A stretch of DNA of 64,000 nucleotides from Salisapilia sapeloensis CBS 127946 (lineage: Eukaryota > Protista > Oomycota): assembly GCA_023334545.1 (NCBI GenBank), contig JAADVB010000018.1, forward strand, positions 67,233-131,232. Direction: 5' to 3'. The notes beneath the pieces are model-generated. The model did not search any database, had not been told where the DNA came from, and saw only the letters and a list, made by a program, of their open reading frames with translations. Numbering within the stretch: the first letter of the stretch is position 1; each line of letters begins with the position of its first letter. Shown here piece after piece: positions 11,101 through 23,124 of this stretch. The translations under genes were made by a program, and so were the position numbers.

Positions 11101-14100
11101 GACTATTGCTACGCCAGGCGTATCATCTACACATATCTTGTCGTTGACAACTGCTGGTGAGATGTTGGAAGAAGCTAGTATTTGTCTTTCTTTCCCAAAG
11201 ACAGACTCGTGGGTGTTCCAGTCTATGAACAATGCTAAACTAACTGATGAAAGCACTGGTAAGACCGATACAACACAGGCGTTGTGGTATGCATCTCGGA
11301 AAGAATTGTGCGTCATGATCGTCTCTACTATCAAGCAAGAGACGTCAATTATAGTTGAGATCATAGACGTCGTATCGCCCATGTCTGTTCGTTCGGAAAC
11401 AAATAGAAGTATGAAAGCTGTGGGTCATCTAGAAGGTGACATTGCTTCTGGGACGTATACTCTCAATGCGGTTACAGCAGGAGAGCTTACTGGAAGTCTA
11501 AGTTGGGAGTCGGCGTTTTATTCTCCGGGTGCAGTGGCAGGTCTGAGAACAAGCGCAACCTTAATGTTTACGACGATAGGTGCGATCCCAACCGGTAGTG
11601 CTGTGGTACTCACACTACCCGTCGAATGGAAATTACTTCCTGAATGCTTTGTTTCTCGCATGCTGCCACCGCTTTCTGTGTCTGCGTTATGTAGTGACAA
11701 CATTTTAACGATCTTACTGGAGAATGATGTGAATGAAGGACAAGCGATAGAGCTTGAGCTTAATGGAGTTATAAATCCACCTACGACACAACCTGCTGGT
11801 ATTGCAACAGCCACGAGTTATGCTTCTGATGGAGGTATAATCGATCAGTCCATCGCTATAACAACGAATGCGATTGTGAGTCAAGTGACGGATATCCAAA
11901 GTGCTGGAGACGTTCGTGTGGCTGTTCGAGGTGTCGAAAAGGTATTTACTTTCGTCGGTGATAGCGTTGCTTCTCAAGATATTGTCAAGTTCATGCCATT
12001 TGATACATCGAGTGATACGAACTGTGGAACGTTTACGTCAGGTATGTCAGATGCAGGTGGGGTGACGATACAATACCTCGATTCGAAACTTTCTATAGCA
12101 CTGACATTCGGTGTCTCCTCTATCGATGGACAGCCTTTTACGATCTGCTACAAGCACGGATCAAATCCTTTTCGATTATACAGTAGCTTTGCATTCTATG
12201 TTAAAGAAGTAAAAGAAATTGTTGTAAATGAAGGATTAGCATCATTAGCAGTCTCCAACTACATCAAGAACTGGAGGATAGTCGGCAATGGACTTGCAGA
12301 TGGAGACTCTATCCGATGGATCGATCTAGATATTGTAAACGCTGCAATCTCTATAGAAGATGTAGATTGCTCTGATACGAATCACTTGGCTGTTTTACTC
12401 GGTGATGATAATCCACTACCTGGAGAAGATGACTACACGAGGGTGCTAAATAGACCTCTTTTCGAGTCTATGTATGCTTTTACAGAAGCAGACGCTGGGA
12501 AAACGTTTTGTCTTTGCATGAAATTCGGACAAGAACCTTTTACTGTATACCCGACTCTGCAGGTTAGAGTAAATCATGTGAGCGATATGACTGCCGCTGT
12601 CATGGGTAGCAACGATGTGGTCGTAGCTGATGCGACGAAACGCTTCTTATTGCATGGACATGGGCTCAAACAAAGTCATCGCATCTTTTTCATCGAAAGT
12701 GATGGAGCTGAGGACTGTCATCTAGCTTTCAACGATGAAACGAGGAGACTACGTCATTACTTTGATAATCAGTACCAGACTATACTCTACCTTGATGCAG
12801 ACCAAGCCTTCGATGTTCATTTTGACAGTGCTGATGCTGGAAAGTGGGCGTCTCTGTGCTATGAATTCGAGAATGAGCCCTTTCAATATTACCCGAGTCA
12901 TTCTGTATACATTCATGGCGTTTCTGGCTTTAGTGGATCATTAGGAGAACCTGACTTTGCTGTTGCGCATGTACCAGAGCCACTCACCTACTTTGGTTTT
13001 GGACTGCATGAAGGAGATCAAGTTCGATGGGTCGCAAATGGGCAGAGTGACTGTGAGACGAACTTTGGAAAGCTTGTGGCAAGCGATACATCCGTCGTGT
13101 TTGAAACGACGACGTTAGATTCAGACTCTAGTGCCAGCTTTAACTTTTCATCTGATCAAGTCGATTATAACCCTGTCCTTTGCTACAAGTTTGGGTCGGA
13201 AGAATATAAATTGTATGAGCAACTGACGATATCGATTGGAACGATCAAACGTAAGGTTGCAACTGTCGGAGAGAAAGATGTGGCAGTCACGCACTATCGA
13301 AAGCTATTTGCGTTACAAGGTGAGAATACAGCAAAGGGAGATCGAGTCGCTTGGACGTTTGATACGTCCGTTAATTCCTGTGATGACTTGGCACAACAGA
13401 ACATAGACGCAGAGACAGGTGATGGACCATTGCTGGCGTATGTCAATGATGATCTGTACGTCGGAGTGAACTTTATCTCTGCCGTGTCAGGACTTCGAGT
13501 CTCTCTATGCTATGGCTTTGGCACGGAGCCATTGAAACTTTATTCTAACCTTCAGGTACGCGTGAAAAGCGTTAAGGGCGTCTTGGCAGGACGAGGAAGT
13601 CCGTCGATTGCTGTTGTCGGAGCTCCTAAGTCACTAGAGTTTAGAGGCGACGGGGTGAGTACTGGTGACTTTGCAAAGTTCGTCGCGCAATCACCGGATG
13701 GATGTAACCAGCCTGGTGTGTCTTTGATAGACATTGCAAAGGAGTATGATCGATACGATGATATGGCTTTGTATTTATATCAGACGATGGCAGGCGTCAC
13801 TAGTGCTAGTTTTAACTTTGTCGATGATGATATGACGCCAGGTGAACAGCGCGTACTGTGCTACTCGTTCTCTGGGAAAGAGCCGTACTTTTACTATGAA
13901 GATTTTGTCATTGATATACATACTGCTCGTGCTTTCGAATATGCTGAAGGGTATGCCTTTGGTGATCCTTCTATTGCTGTCGCACGTGAAATAAAAAAAG
14001 TTGTACTCACTGGCGTGGGTATCACTCAGCATGATGTGGTAAAATTCATATCATCTACAGCTGCATCTGATCAGGATTGTCTTGACTTTCCACCGATGGG

Positions 14101-17100
14101 GATGTCTTCTGATGTGACAGTAGAGGAAGACGGTGTGATCACCTTGGCATTTGATCACGGATCTAAAGACACCGCCTGGCGTCTTTGCTATCGAACAGGC
14201 GATGAGCCTTATCGACTCTTTCCATCCATGACCATGGAAGTAAAGGAAATAACTAATTTCCTCGACTACTTGAACCCTAAATCGACAGTGCTTAGTCGGA
14301 TGGCGACGATCGGGCATGAAAAAGTATGGCAACCTATAGGCTCAGGTATCTCTGCTGGGGATACAGTAAAATTCGTATATAGGACTGTCGTCTCAAGCGA
14401 TGCTTGTGGTGGTACAAGTGCGAATATGGTACTAGGTACGACGATGATGACTGTGTCAGCAGAACACCTTACATTTACAGGTCTCTTTACGCAGTATCCG
14501 TCCGTCCTGAGTGATGCGTATCATATTTGCTATCAATTTCAGAACGAACCATTTGCTTACATTCCAAACTTTGATATCAAGACGTTCGGTATTAAGGGTA
14601 TTGATAGATCTACGATCTTGGCACAGGCGGCGACGCTTATACGCGTACAAGGCTTTCGTATAAGTAGTGACGATCAACTCGCATGGACAAAGACAGAATC
14701 TTGTGCAGATGCATTTAAAGTCTCGAATGTCGTAGACACAGAAGCTGTCGTGCAGTTTGACACGGTGTACGACGAGCTCTTCCTTTGCTATAGTTTCAGT
14801 AGACAACGATGGGAACGTTTTGATAGTATTCGGCTATCTGTAGTGCAAGCTGATATCTGGGTACCTTCTGTCGCGACGATCGTAGCGCAGCAAGAGGAGG
14901 TCATTGAGGTGTCTGGAACGTTCGGATTGACGATGGGTGAGAGTAGCTTGGCATGGATCCCAGCTGACGCATCCGCGTGCAGTGAGAGCTTAATGGATGC
15001 GTACGCAGGTATTATGCAAAGCTCTATCGTAGCTTCCGTAGCTTCTTCAACATCCGTCGCACGATCCGGATCGTCTGTCTTCCGCGTCAAGTATGAAGCT
15101 CCAGGTGCGGAGACAACAGAAGGTATAACAGGTGCGAATATTGGTGTCTGGAAGCTTTGTTTTAAATTTGGCAGCATGTCGAGCACTCTTTTATTCGACG
15201 ACGTCCTCTGTGAAGTCTTGAACGTTTATGATGTGAGCTTAGTAGCTCGTGACACGACGTTAGGTGGTACCACCATGACGTTCCAATTCAAGGGAGTTGG
15301 ATTAGAAGATATGGATATGGCAAAGTGGGTAGCTGCATCAGACGTCGTTAGTGATGAAGACTGTGAGACAGCGCCTCCGCTTGGTGAGAGCGTGGAGTCT
15401 GCTGTGCTTAATAGTAGAGCGACGTTCACCTTCCATGACGTAAATACAGATATGGCTCTCTGCTATTTATTCAAAGGACACAGCTACAAACTATATGCAG
15501 GTCTAAATGTCCGCGACGCGACATCGGCTTCATCCGTGTCGAGTGTGCAGCGTGATCTTTCAGCTACGACTGAAGAAGAAAATCATCTTGATGCAGTGGA
15601 AAGTGAACAGATACATAGAAGCTCACAAGCAGCCACAGTGCGGTTGAGATTAGATAGAGATATAGACTTGATACCACCAGGATCGGATGCTGAAGCTACG
15701 TTCAAGACCGACTTTATCTCTGCTTTATCTATAGCCTTAGACATTCCTGCTTCTAGAGTAGTTATAAAGCAGATCACAAGAGGATCGGTTATTGTCGAAT
15801 TCGACATCTTGCCATCCGATAACGTTGCTGACCCTCTTGCAAACGAAGTAGTACAGTCTATAGCTAGTGAGCTTGAAGATCCTCAGGGCACACTAAAAGA
15901 CAACGCTGTGATGGCGGATATTGATACCCAGGATGGTCTTCAGACGATATATTATTTTCTAGATATCGAAGAGAGCACGCCGAAGCCGTTCAAGTCTGTT
16001 CCTTACCAGCGCAAGGGTCTGTTCACGTTCGTCCAGCCTGTATATAGCATTACAGAAGAGTCCAGTACGCTTAGTATTCCTATCATGCGACTTCATGGTA
16101 CGAACGGCATGGTCACCGTGCCGATTGATATAGACTATAGTGGTATCGGTTCGGCAACGTTCGATGAAGATTACTCGATCGTAACGGATTTAAATGACGC
16201 AGGTCGACGTAGATTCGTTCGTTTCGATGCTGGAGAGAAGGTCAAATACGTAGATGTAGTGGTAGCGAATGATAGTATGGTGGAAGCACACTTTGAAAGC
16301 TTCGAGATAACGCTTCAGACACCAGAGGCGCTCCAGACAGCTTTAGGAGATATCTATACAACCACCATTCGGATATATGATTCACGTCAAGGAGAAGTAC
16401 TTGCTTCATCTACATTTGGTAACTCTGATCCACAAGGCTGGAGTGTTGTTGGGAATGGAAATGACGCACACTTGCGTGTTAGTTCCAATGGGATCTTTGC
16501 AGTGGACAACAGTGTCGGTGAAGGGGAGTATAATGAGAAATGTGATGCAGCCTCCCCGACTGGCTCATGCTCGTATACATGTACTTTAGGCGGAAATATC
16601 TTACACGGTAGTGGATTGAGCTCCCCTTACAATTCCTTACTACTGGACGGAGATGATTACGCCGTCAGCACTAGCGAACTATCCTCCTTTCCGACAAAGG
16701 TACCTTCTCTATCTCTACATCATGCTCATATTTACTTATTCTGGTTGGTTTTAGGAGTTTACTCTGTCGCTGTGGGTCAAGACAACTTCGACGTCGACGG
16801 ATAATTGTCTATTCTCCTACTCGATCGTTTCGTCCACAACTCCTCTCGTAGCTTTGGCAATCTGCAATCCATCCAACCTTCAAATCTACATCAATGCTCA
16901 CAACGATTTGGATGGTCTGACAACGTTTGTAAATATTTCGGATGGTGCATGGCACTTTATTGCGCTTGAATGGGATTCACAAGACGGACGAGTATACTTG
17001 TTCGATAACGCCTTACTAGTCTTTGACGGAGGGCCTTATCATGGAGGTATGCCTCTGCACTCAGCGCGCGGTTTATTAATTCTTGGAGCTCTGGTGCTAT

Positions 17101-17903
17101 CTGGATCAGAACCTTACTGCACAAACACGATGAATGAAAGTCTGGAAGGAGATAGAATTGAAGTATCCTGTGACATCGTACTTGGCTCTGGGTTCCGTGG
17201 TGAGCTTCAGCACTTGCATGTTTGGAGTAGAGCGTTGTCGTTATCCGAACTACGAAGGGAAGTGGCTTGGCCGATGCAAGTGACTTTAAATGGTCTCGTC
17301 GTTGGATGGAACTTCGATCGCCCGCATCTGCTCGACGATGGATATCACGTGAATGATATCACGACTACGGGACAGCAAGCAAAACATATAGGCTATATTT
17401 ATTGTTCAACATTACTAGGATCCAGTTCTTGCTTTTCGCAAGGCAGCGTGCCATCTCTATACTCTCCAAGCTTTCCTTGCGGCCCAGTGTATGCCAACCT
17501 CTGGCACTTTTCCGCTCCAGAGTACTTTGTCCAGCAATTAGCTTTTTCCTACGGCGGCAGACTGCAGTACAAGATGCTCGCTCCTAGCTACAACGGAAGG
17601 CCTCGACCTAGAAGAGGCCAAATCTCACTCTTTGCATCCGATGGAACGCATCTCTCTCGATCGTTAGGGAGTTTCCAATTGCCTTTAGCATCATCTTGGA
17701 CGTATTACTCTGTTATACTACGAGAGGACTTTGCTTGGATTCAAGAACCCGCCGGTACGTCCGTTAGTACAGAGACATTTCGACACGTCCTAGAGACAGC
17801 TTCTAGCTTATGGATACGAGGGGACCTATGGGGATCAAGTACGTCTGGATTAGGACAAGAAGTAGTCTATCTAAATGACGTCATCCTACATGCACGACCG
17901 TAA
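8183..17903 (+). CDS. Giant secreted repeat protein A (about 3,221 aa): signal peptide, 9 Ig-like repeats, 11 Cys-pair repeats, SEA-like, Calx-beta, laminin-IV split by a pentraxin/LamG domain; intron 16700-16754
   Basis: 8.5-kb open frame. The intron AAG|GTACC...TTTTAG|GAG restores KEFTLSLWVKT (pentraxin) and joins ORF 16854..17903. Calx-beta GLFTFVQPVYSITEE...FVRFDAGEKVKYVDVVVAND; laminin IV WHFSAPEYF...SYGGRLQY...LWIRG. No C-terminal TM seen. Confidence 0.85.
8256..11880 (+). repeat. 9 tandem protein repeats of about 130-140 aa (beta-rich, Ig-like) in protein A
   Basis: Recurrent pattern [AP]G..s...i.FtT...l..Gs.i.l.lP..[FWY]...l..v.NP, e.g. DAGATGAASISFTTDVALKIGSKIVVVFP, NPGLDSSATLTFTTSARLVPGSYLQLFIP, NPGILSSVEIVFETSGRIPASGAVKILLP. 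Confidence 0.75.
11890..15520 (+). repeat. 11 tandem protein repeats of about 110 aa, each with a Cys pair, in protein A
   Basis: Recurrent G.G[LIV]..GD.[VI].[WF]...C...F...LCY.FG.EP[FY].LY, counted 11 times. Confidence 0.8.
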
Positions 17904-17966
17904 CACGTACAAACTTTATGATATTTCAGTCAAACAAATTGTCTTCTACTTGTATTCGCGAAAGAA

Positions 17967-20458
17967 TTAGCAAGCAATGCAACCACAAAATAGTTTCTGC
18001 TTCGGTGGCTGCGGGTCCATGTCGCCTGCTTCGACAGTTTGTCCAGCATACGAGCTCTCGACTCCACATAGCGTCGCGTGTAGGGACGCTAGTGTCGTGT
18101 TTTCATGGTATAATATCTCTTCCGGTACTTGGACTTGGTACTTTTGGTTGATGATCCCTTGAAGCTGCGTCAGTGCCATCGAATCCATGCCCATTTGCTG
18201 CAAAGGAGTCTCTGCTCTAATGTTTGACTCTTCGACTTGCAATTGCTCCGCCAGTTCCGATCGTAAAAAGTTGAACACTTCATCCGGTGAAGCGTTCGAA
18301 ATGACATGCGCCATAGATGGATTCGTCGGGGCAGGAGGCGGCTCAGTACCTCCTTGCTCACCACTGTCATTGTCATCCTCTGAAAAGCTTCCAATCATGT
18401 CTTCATTACGATAGATCTCGTCCAATTCCTTCATCATCATGGCTTTCTTACATCTCGAACGCGAGATCTTCCCGCTCGTCGTCTTTGGAATCGTACGTGG
18501 TTTTACAAGGATGATCAACGTGACTTGAACACCATGCTCTTTCGAGATAGCAGACCGAATTTTACCACACAAACTAGCTTTATGCTGGATCGAAGGGTCT
18601 CGCAACTCACTTACAATCGCTAGTTTCTCACTATCATCCTCATCTCCTGGACTCGAGTAAGAGAACGCAGCTGTGCAGCCTGGACGTAGCTCTTCATGAT
18701 TTTCACTCGTCGCTTCGAGGTCTTGTGGGTAGTGGTTTCTACCTCGAATGATCACGAGATCTTTCATTCGACCACAGATGAAGAGCTCGTTCTTGTACAT
18801 GACACCGAGATCTCCAGTGCGTAGGAAGCGATCGCTCGAATCGGACAATGCGGCATGGAAGGTCTGGTCCGAGATCTCTTTCATCTCGTCGCCAAAGTAG
18901 CCTTGTGCCACTGAGTCACTGGAAATCCAGACTTCACCGACATGACCGTCCTCTACTTGGACACTTTCTTCTGAATTAACGATCCGAACGTCGATACCAT
19001 GATCTTTCTTCGAAGGTACACCACACCCGACCATCTCCTTACCATTCTCCGGCGCATTTACTTCTTGGATCTGATTATGTGTTTCTAAAGTTACTGGATC
19101 AACGTATAGAGTCTCTTTTCCACCGCCACAGACGTAGACTGTATGTTCTGCTAGTCCATACGTCGGTTTAATCACGTCTTCCGGTAGTCCGTAGGGCATA
19201 AAAGCCTTATAGAACGCACTCATCGCTTCCTTCTGAATCGGTTCAGCGCCATTGATCATATGCCGGACACTAGACAAATCGATTTGCTTATCTCTTAGAT
19301 TCGCAGTTTTCCGAGCACACAAGTGGTAAGCAAAGTTTGGTGCTTGGAGGTGCGTTGCTTTGTGTTTTGAAATGAGTTCAATCCATAGCATCGGATTCTT
19401 AATGAAAGAGAAAGGAGAAAGGTAGACGCCTGTGCCACCATTAAAGATTGTGCCGAGATACGCGCCGATGAGACCCATGTCATGGTATTGTGGTAACCAG
19501 GAGACGACGACTGTGTCTCGACCGGCGTGGAGGGCGGAGGTAATGCTTTTTAAATTGTGATTCAAGTTTGCATGGGAAAGCACGACTCCTTTCGGAGCAG
19601 ATGTACTTCCGGAAGTGTACTGAAGGAAGGCAGTGTTGTGGGTATCGACTTCTGGGATGGCAATGTCGATGGATTTGGACGTGAGATTGTCCGACACGAT
19701 CCATTTCAGGTCCTCTGGCCACGGGAGGTTGGCTGAGAAAGATACCTTTTGCTTAATTGCAGAGATCTGCTTCACGTGGTAGTAAGTCGATGTGGTCAGA
19801 GCGATCGACGGCTGGCAGTTTTGAACGACTGCGACGAACATATTAATATCTTTCTTCATCTTTCGTGGATCTATACGAATAGAGGTTTAGTATATAGGAT
19901 AAGACGATGGTGTAGAAGGGATGAACCTGGAGGATAGACTGGAACGGCTACGACGCCAGCTCGTAGACAAGCCAAGAAGGCGACGATGAATTCGAGACCA
20001 GGAGGATAAACGAGGACGACACGATCCCCTTGCTTTAAGCCGAGACTAATATACGAGGTCTATTAGGCTGTCAAGTAGTAGTTTATGCTTGTATTGTACC
20101 CTTTCGGATGGTCCGAGGCAGGAGTGACGAGAAGCGCTGCTAATGTCTGGACTTGTTTGTTTAAATCCTACCATAGACAGCGAGAATATTGAGCTATACA
20201 ATGGAAGGAATGTATATGATAAATAGGTACCGAGCATGTGAGGGACGAGGTGGTTTTGCCATTGTCGTCGACGAACGTCAGGAGTGTCTATACCGAACAC
20301 CATGTCAAATTAGCTTTTTCCATCCTTTTACTCTGAACTAAACACAGAGGTTTCGCTAGTAACTGCTAGAGTCATGCAGCAATACACATGTAGCTTTAAC
20401 GCACCTTGGATGGTGTCTCCGTGGCCCAAGCCTCTAATCGCTGGAGTAGTTCCGACAT
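17967..20458 (-). CDS. Fatty acyl-AMP ligase (FAAL-type adenylation domain) fused to a C-terminal acyl/peptidyl carrier domain; introns 20288-20404, 20168-20230, 20046-20099, 19871-19926 (733 aa)
   Basis: FLQYTSGSTSAPKGV, SWLPQYHDMGLIG, YGLAE, LRTGDLG, GRMKDLVIIRGRNHYPQDLE, PKTTSGK. Carrier motif MGMDSM. The reconstructed N-terminus MSELLQRLEAWATETPSKTLLTFVDDNG...GDRVVLVYPPGLEFIVAFLACLRAGVVAVPVYPPDP is frame-consistent across all four introns. Confidence 0.9.
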
Positions 20459-20698
20459 ACTCGAATCGGAATGCTAGAATGGGTGCGAAGCTGACTTCCC
20501 ACACCACTTGGGTTCAGTATGGTCGAACGTCTGTCGAAAGTGTAACTGCTACGTTTCAAAAAAGTTATAATTAGCCGCATCTGCGGACACTTATCTTCGG
20601 ACTCTATCTACTGCCGATCTACGTCCACTTTCCCATCCACCTTTGTACCTTTAGCTCACGTATACTAGTGGGAAGGTATCGAAAGAGGCTGAGTCAAG

Positions 20699-22302
20699 AT
20701 GGTACTAACGGAGAAGCAACGACAAGACTTGTACGTAGTGCTACGTTGATTTAGAACGGACATTTGTATGCACCGTGAAGGAATGATCTTGTTCATATGC
20801 TTTTGGAATGATAGACATCAATCGATATTGGCGTATATGACTTCCATGGGTGATCAGTTCCATGCTTCTGTTGTGGCGTTTGCGAAAGAAGCAGGCTTGA
20901 ATCCAGACAAACATCGTACGTGTCGAAAATCACCATTTCAACGAGTCTTGCGTGGTACTGACATGTTCATGTGTGACTTGTATAGCTGCAAACAATGCAA
21001 CAGGGACGCTAGAAAAAAAATGGACTAGTGTCATCCGATTACAGCGCAAAGTCATGGAGTTAGAGCAGGAGGTACAATACCTAAGTGAACAGTCGAAACT
21101 GAATGGAGTCATCAGTCGTCGAGATGTCCTCGGTGCCAACCAAAGGGAGCTCCTACCTCATTCCCCCGCGACATTCTCCTTGCAAGCTCATCGAGGCCCC
21201 ATTACAGTACGTAGTGACCTCCTTATGAGCGTCTACGGAGGCTCCTATCGGGTTGAGTACTAAAGTATGCTTGGTAGGACGTTGCTTTCCATCCTGTGTT
21301 TAGTATCTTTGCATCTGCAAGCGAAGACGCGACGATCAAGATCTGGGATTTTGAGACGGGCGAGTTTGAACGGAGTTTAAAAGGACATACGAATACCGTC
21401 CACGGTCTTGCGTTCAATCGTTCTGGTACTTTGTTAGCTTCTGCGTCGTCTGACATGAGCATCAAGATCTGGGACTTCCATTCTGATACACGGTATGAAT
21501 GTCTACGTACGCTTCGAGGTCATGATCATCATGTCTCTTGCGTCCGTTTCTCTCCTTCTGACGAGACCGATCGATTGTACTCGAGTAGTCGAGATCAAAC
21601 GATTAAAGAGTGGGAAGTATCTACTGGCTTTTGTGTTCGAACGATAAGTACGAACGATTGGATACGTGACTTGAGTGTCAGTGACGATGGCAAGTACTTG
21701 TCTGGAGGTGGAAATGACCATCAGATCGACGTGTACGAGACGAGGAAGTGGAGTGTGATGCAGACTCTAAAGGGACATGAACATGTCATTGAGTCCGTCT
21801 GCTTCGCATCGAATAAAGTAGCGAAGCAGATATCCAAGTTGCATTCGAAACAACTATCAGGTGCCCATGACGCGCACTTCGCGTCGGAGGAATCGCCAAC
21901 GATCGAGGAAGGACGGTATCAAGATGATGTACGAGAGAATCAGTTCGTCTTAACTGCTTCGAGAGACCGGAGCGTTCGGTTGTGGGAAGTGGTGCATGGT
22001 ACGCTCTTGATGACGTTCACGAGTCATGAGAATTGGGTCAAAAGCGCGAGGTTTCATGCCAGTGGCAAGTACGTGATCAGTATTGGCGATGAAAGGACGA
22101 TCCGAGTGTTTGAGATTGAGGTAGGCCGTGTACTGTAGTAGGAATGGTAGGATACTGACGTTGGATGTAGACAGGAAGATGCGTTCGGACGTTAGATGAG
22201 GTGCATGACCACTTGCCAACGGCATTGGATGTCCATCCGACCTTGCCGTTGGTCCTTTCGGGTGGATTGGATCACTTGGTGAACGTGTGGGAGTGTGATT
22301 AA
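20699..22302 (+). CDS. LIS1: Lissencephaly-1 homolog (LisH, coiled coil, WD40), multi-exon
   Basis: [11 protein letters not shown]..., [72 protein letters not shown]-like [18 protein letters not shown]. The last exon ends LVNVWECD*. Confidence 0.93.
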
Positions 22303-22579
22303 AAGAATCGAATAAAGAAATTCTGTCAGATGGATGCTTGGTCGATACAAGTCTGGTAGGAAGAGGAGGAAAGACGAATGCAACGTGTACCTGGTGTTTG
22401 CTCATCGAAAGAATGACAATATTACCGCTTACGAGCCCTTCCTACTCAAAGCAAAGTCGGTCTATGAACGACCTCCTACTTTCTCCACTTGTCCTCGAGG
22501 CTTTTCTTTGCATTGAAAGCCTGGATGATGCCTGCAATCTGGACCTCGACCGTCAAGTGGAGTGAGCTCGTGATGGCGC

Positions 22580-22841
22580 TTACCTCAAGCGGCGAGCCTC
22601 ACGCTCCCACTCGAGGAGGCACAGGATGTCACCCTCACGCACTGGACCCTTGACGTTACGGATGATTTTGCGCTTGTCGTCCTGGAGGAACTCGACACGC
22701 ACTTGCGTCACGTTACCCGTGTTGCCCGTACGGCCTAGGACGTTGACCACCTTGGCCAGCATGTAGTCGCGTTGAGCATCCTATTGCCATACATGAATAC
22801 CTCTTCACATGGGGTCATACGAGTATAGGATCATCTACCAT
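22580..22841 (-). CDS. RPS28: 40S ribosomal protein S28; core 22580-22762, probable upstream micro-exon with intron 22781-22820
   Basis: [12 protein letters not shown]...VTQVRVEFL...[27 protein letters not shown]. The 5' end is ambiguous. Confidence 0.93.
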
Positions 22842-23124
22842 AGTTGTTGTTAGAAGAGTTGTAGAGCGGCGATGAGGCTTACTTTCTGATGGAAATGGCT
22901 CGACCAGCCAGCGTTGCGCTTCCACCCGTTTTAAATTTCGAACCGAGCGGATTCATTACGAAACTTTGGATAAATTACAGAGACAATCCTCTTGATTTAA
23001 GTATAGTTGATATGAAAGGCTTCGATAAGCCAATGAAAGGAATGTTGCAACTGTAAAGAACCAAGCACTGATGCTGACGAGGTTATATTTCAGACAAGAG
23101 TTGCGGACAGAAAATGGAGGTAGC

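Noticed and set aside
20458-20699. Functional link between FAAL-ACP and LIS1 (the PAF-acetylhydrolase subunit in mammals) via the shared promoter
   Set aside because: Divergent pairing is the default arrangement in this window, and the PAF-AH role of LIS1 is established only in animals.
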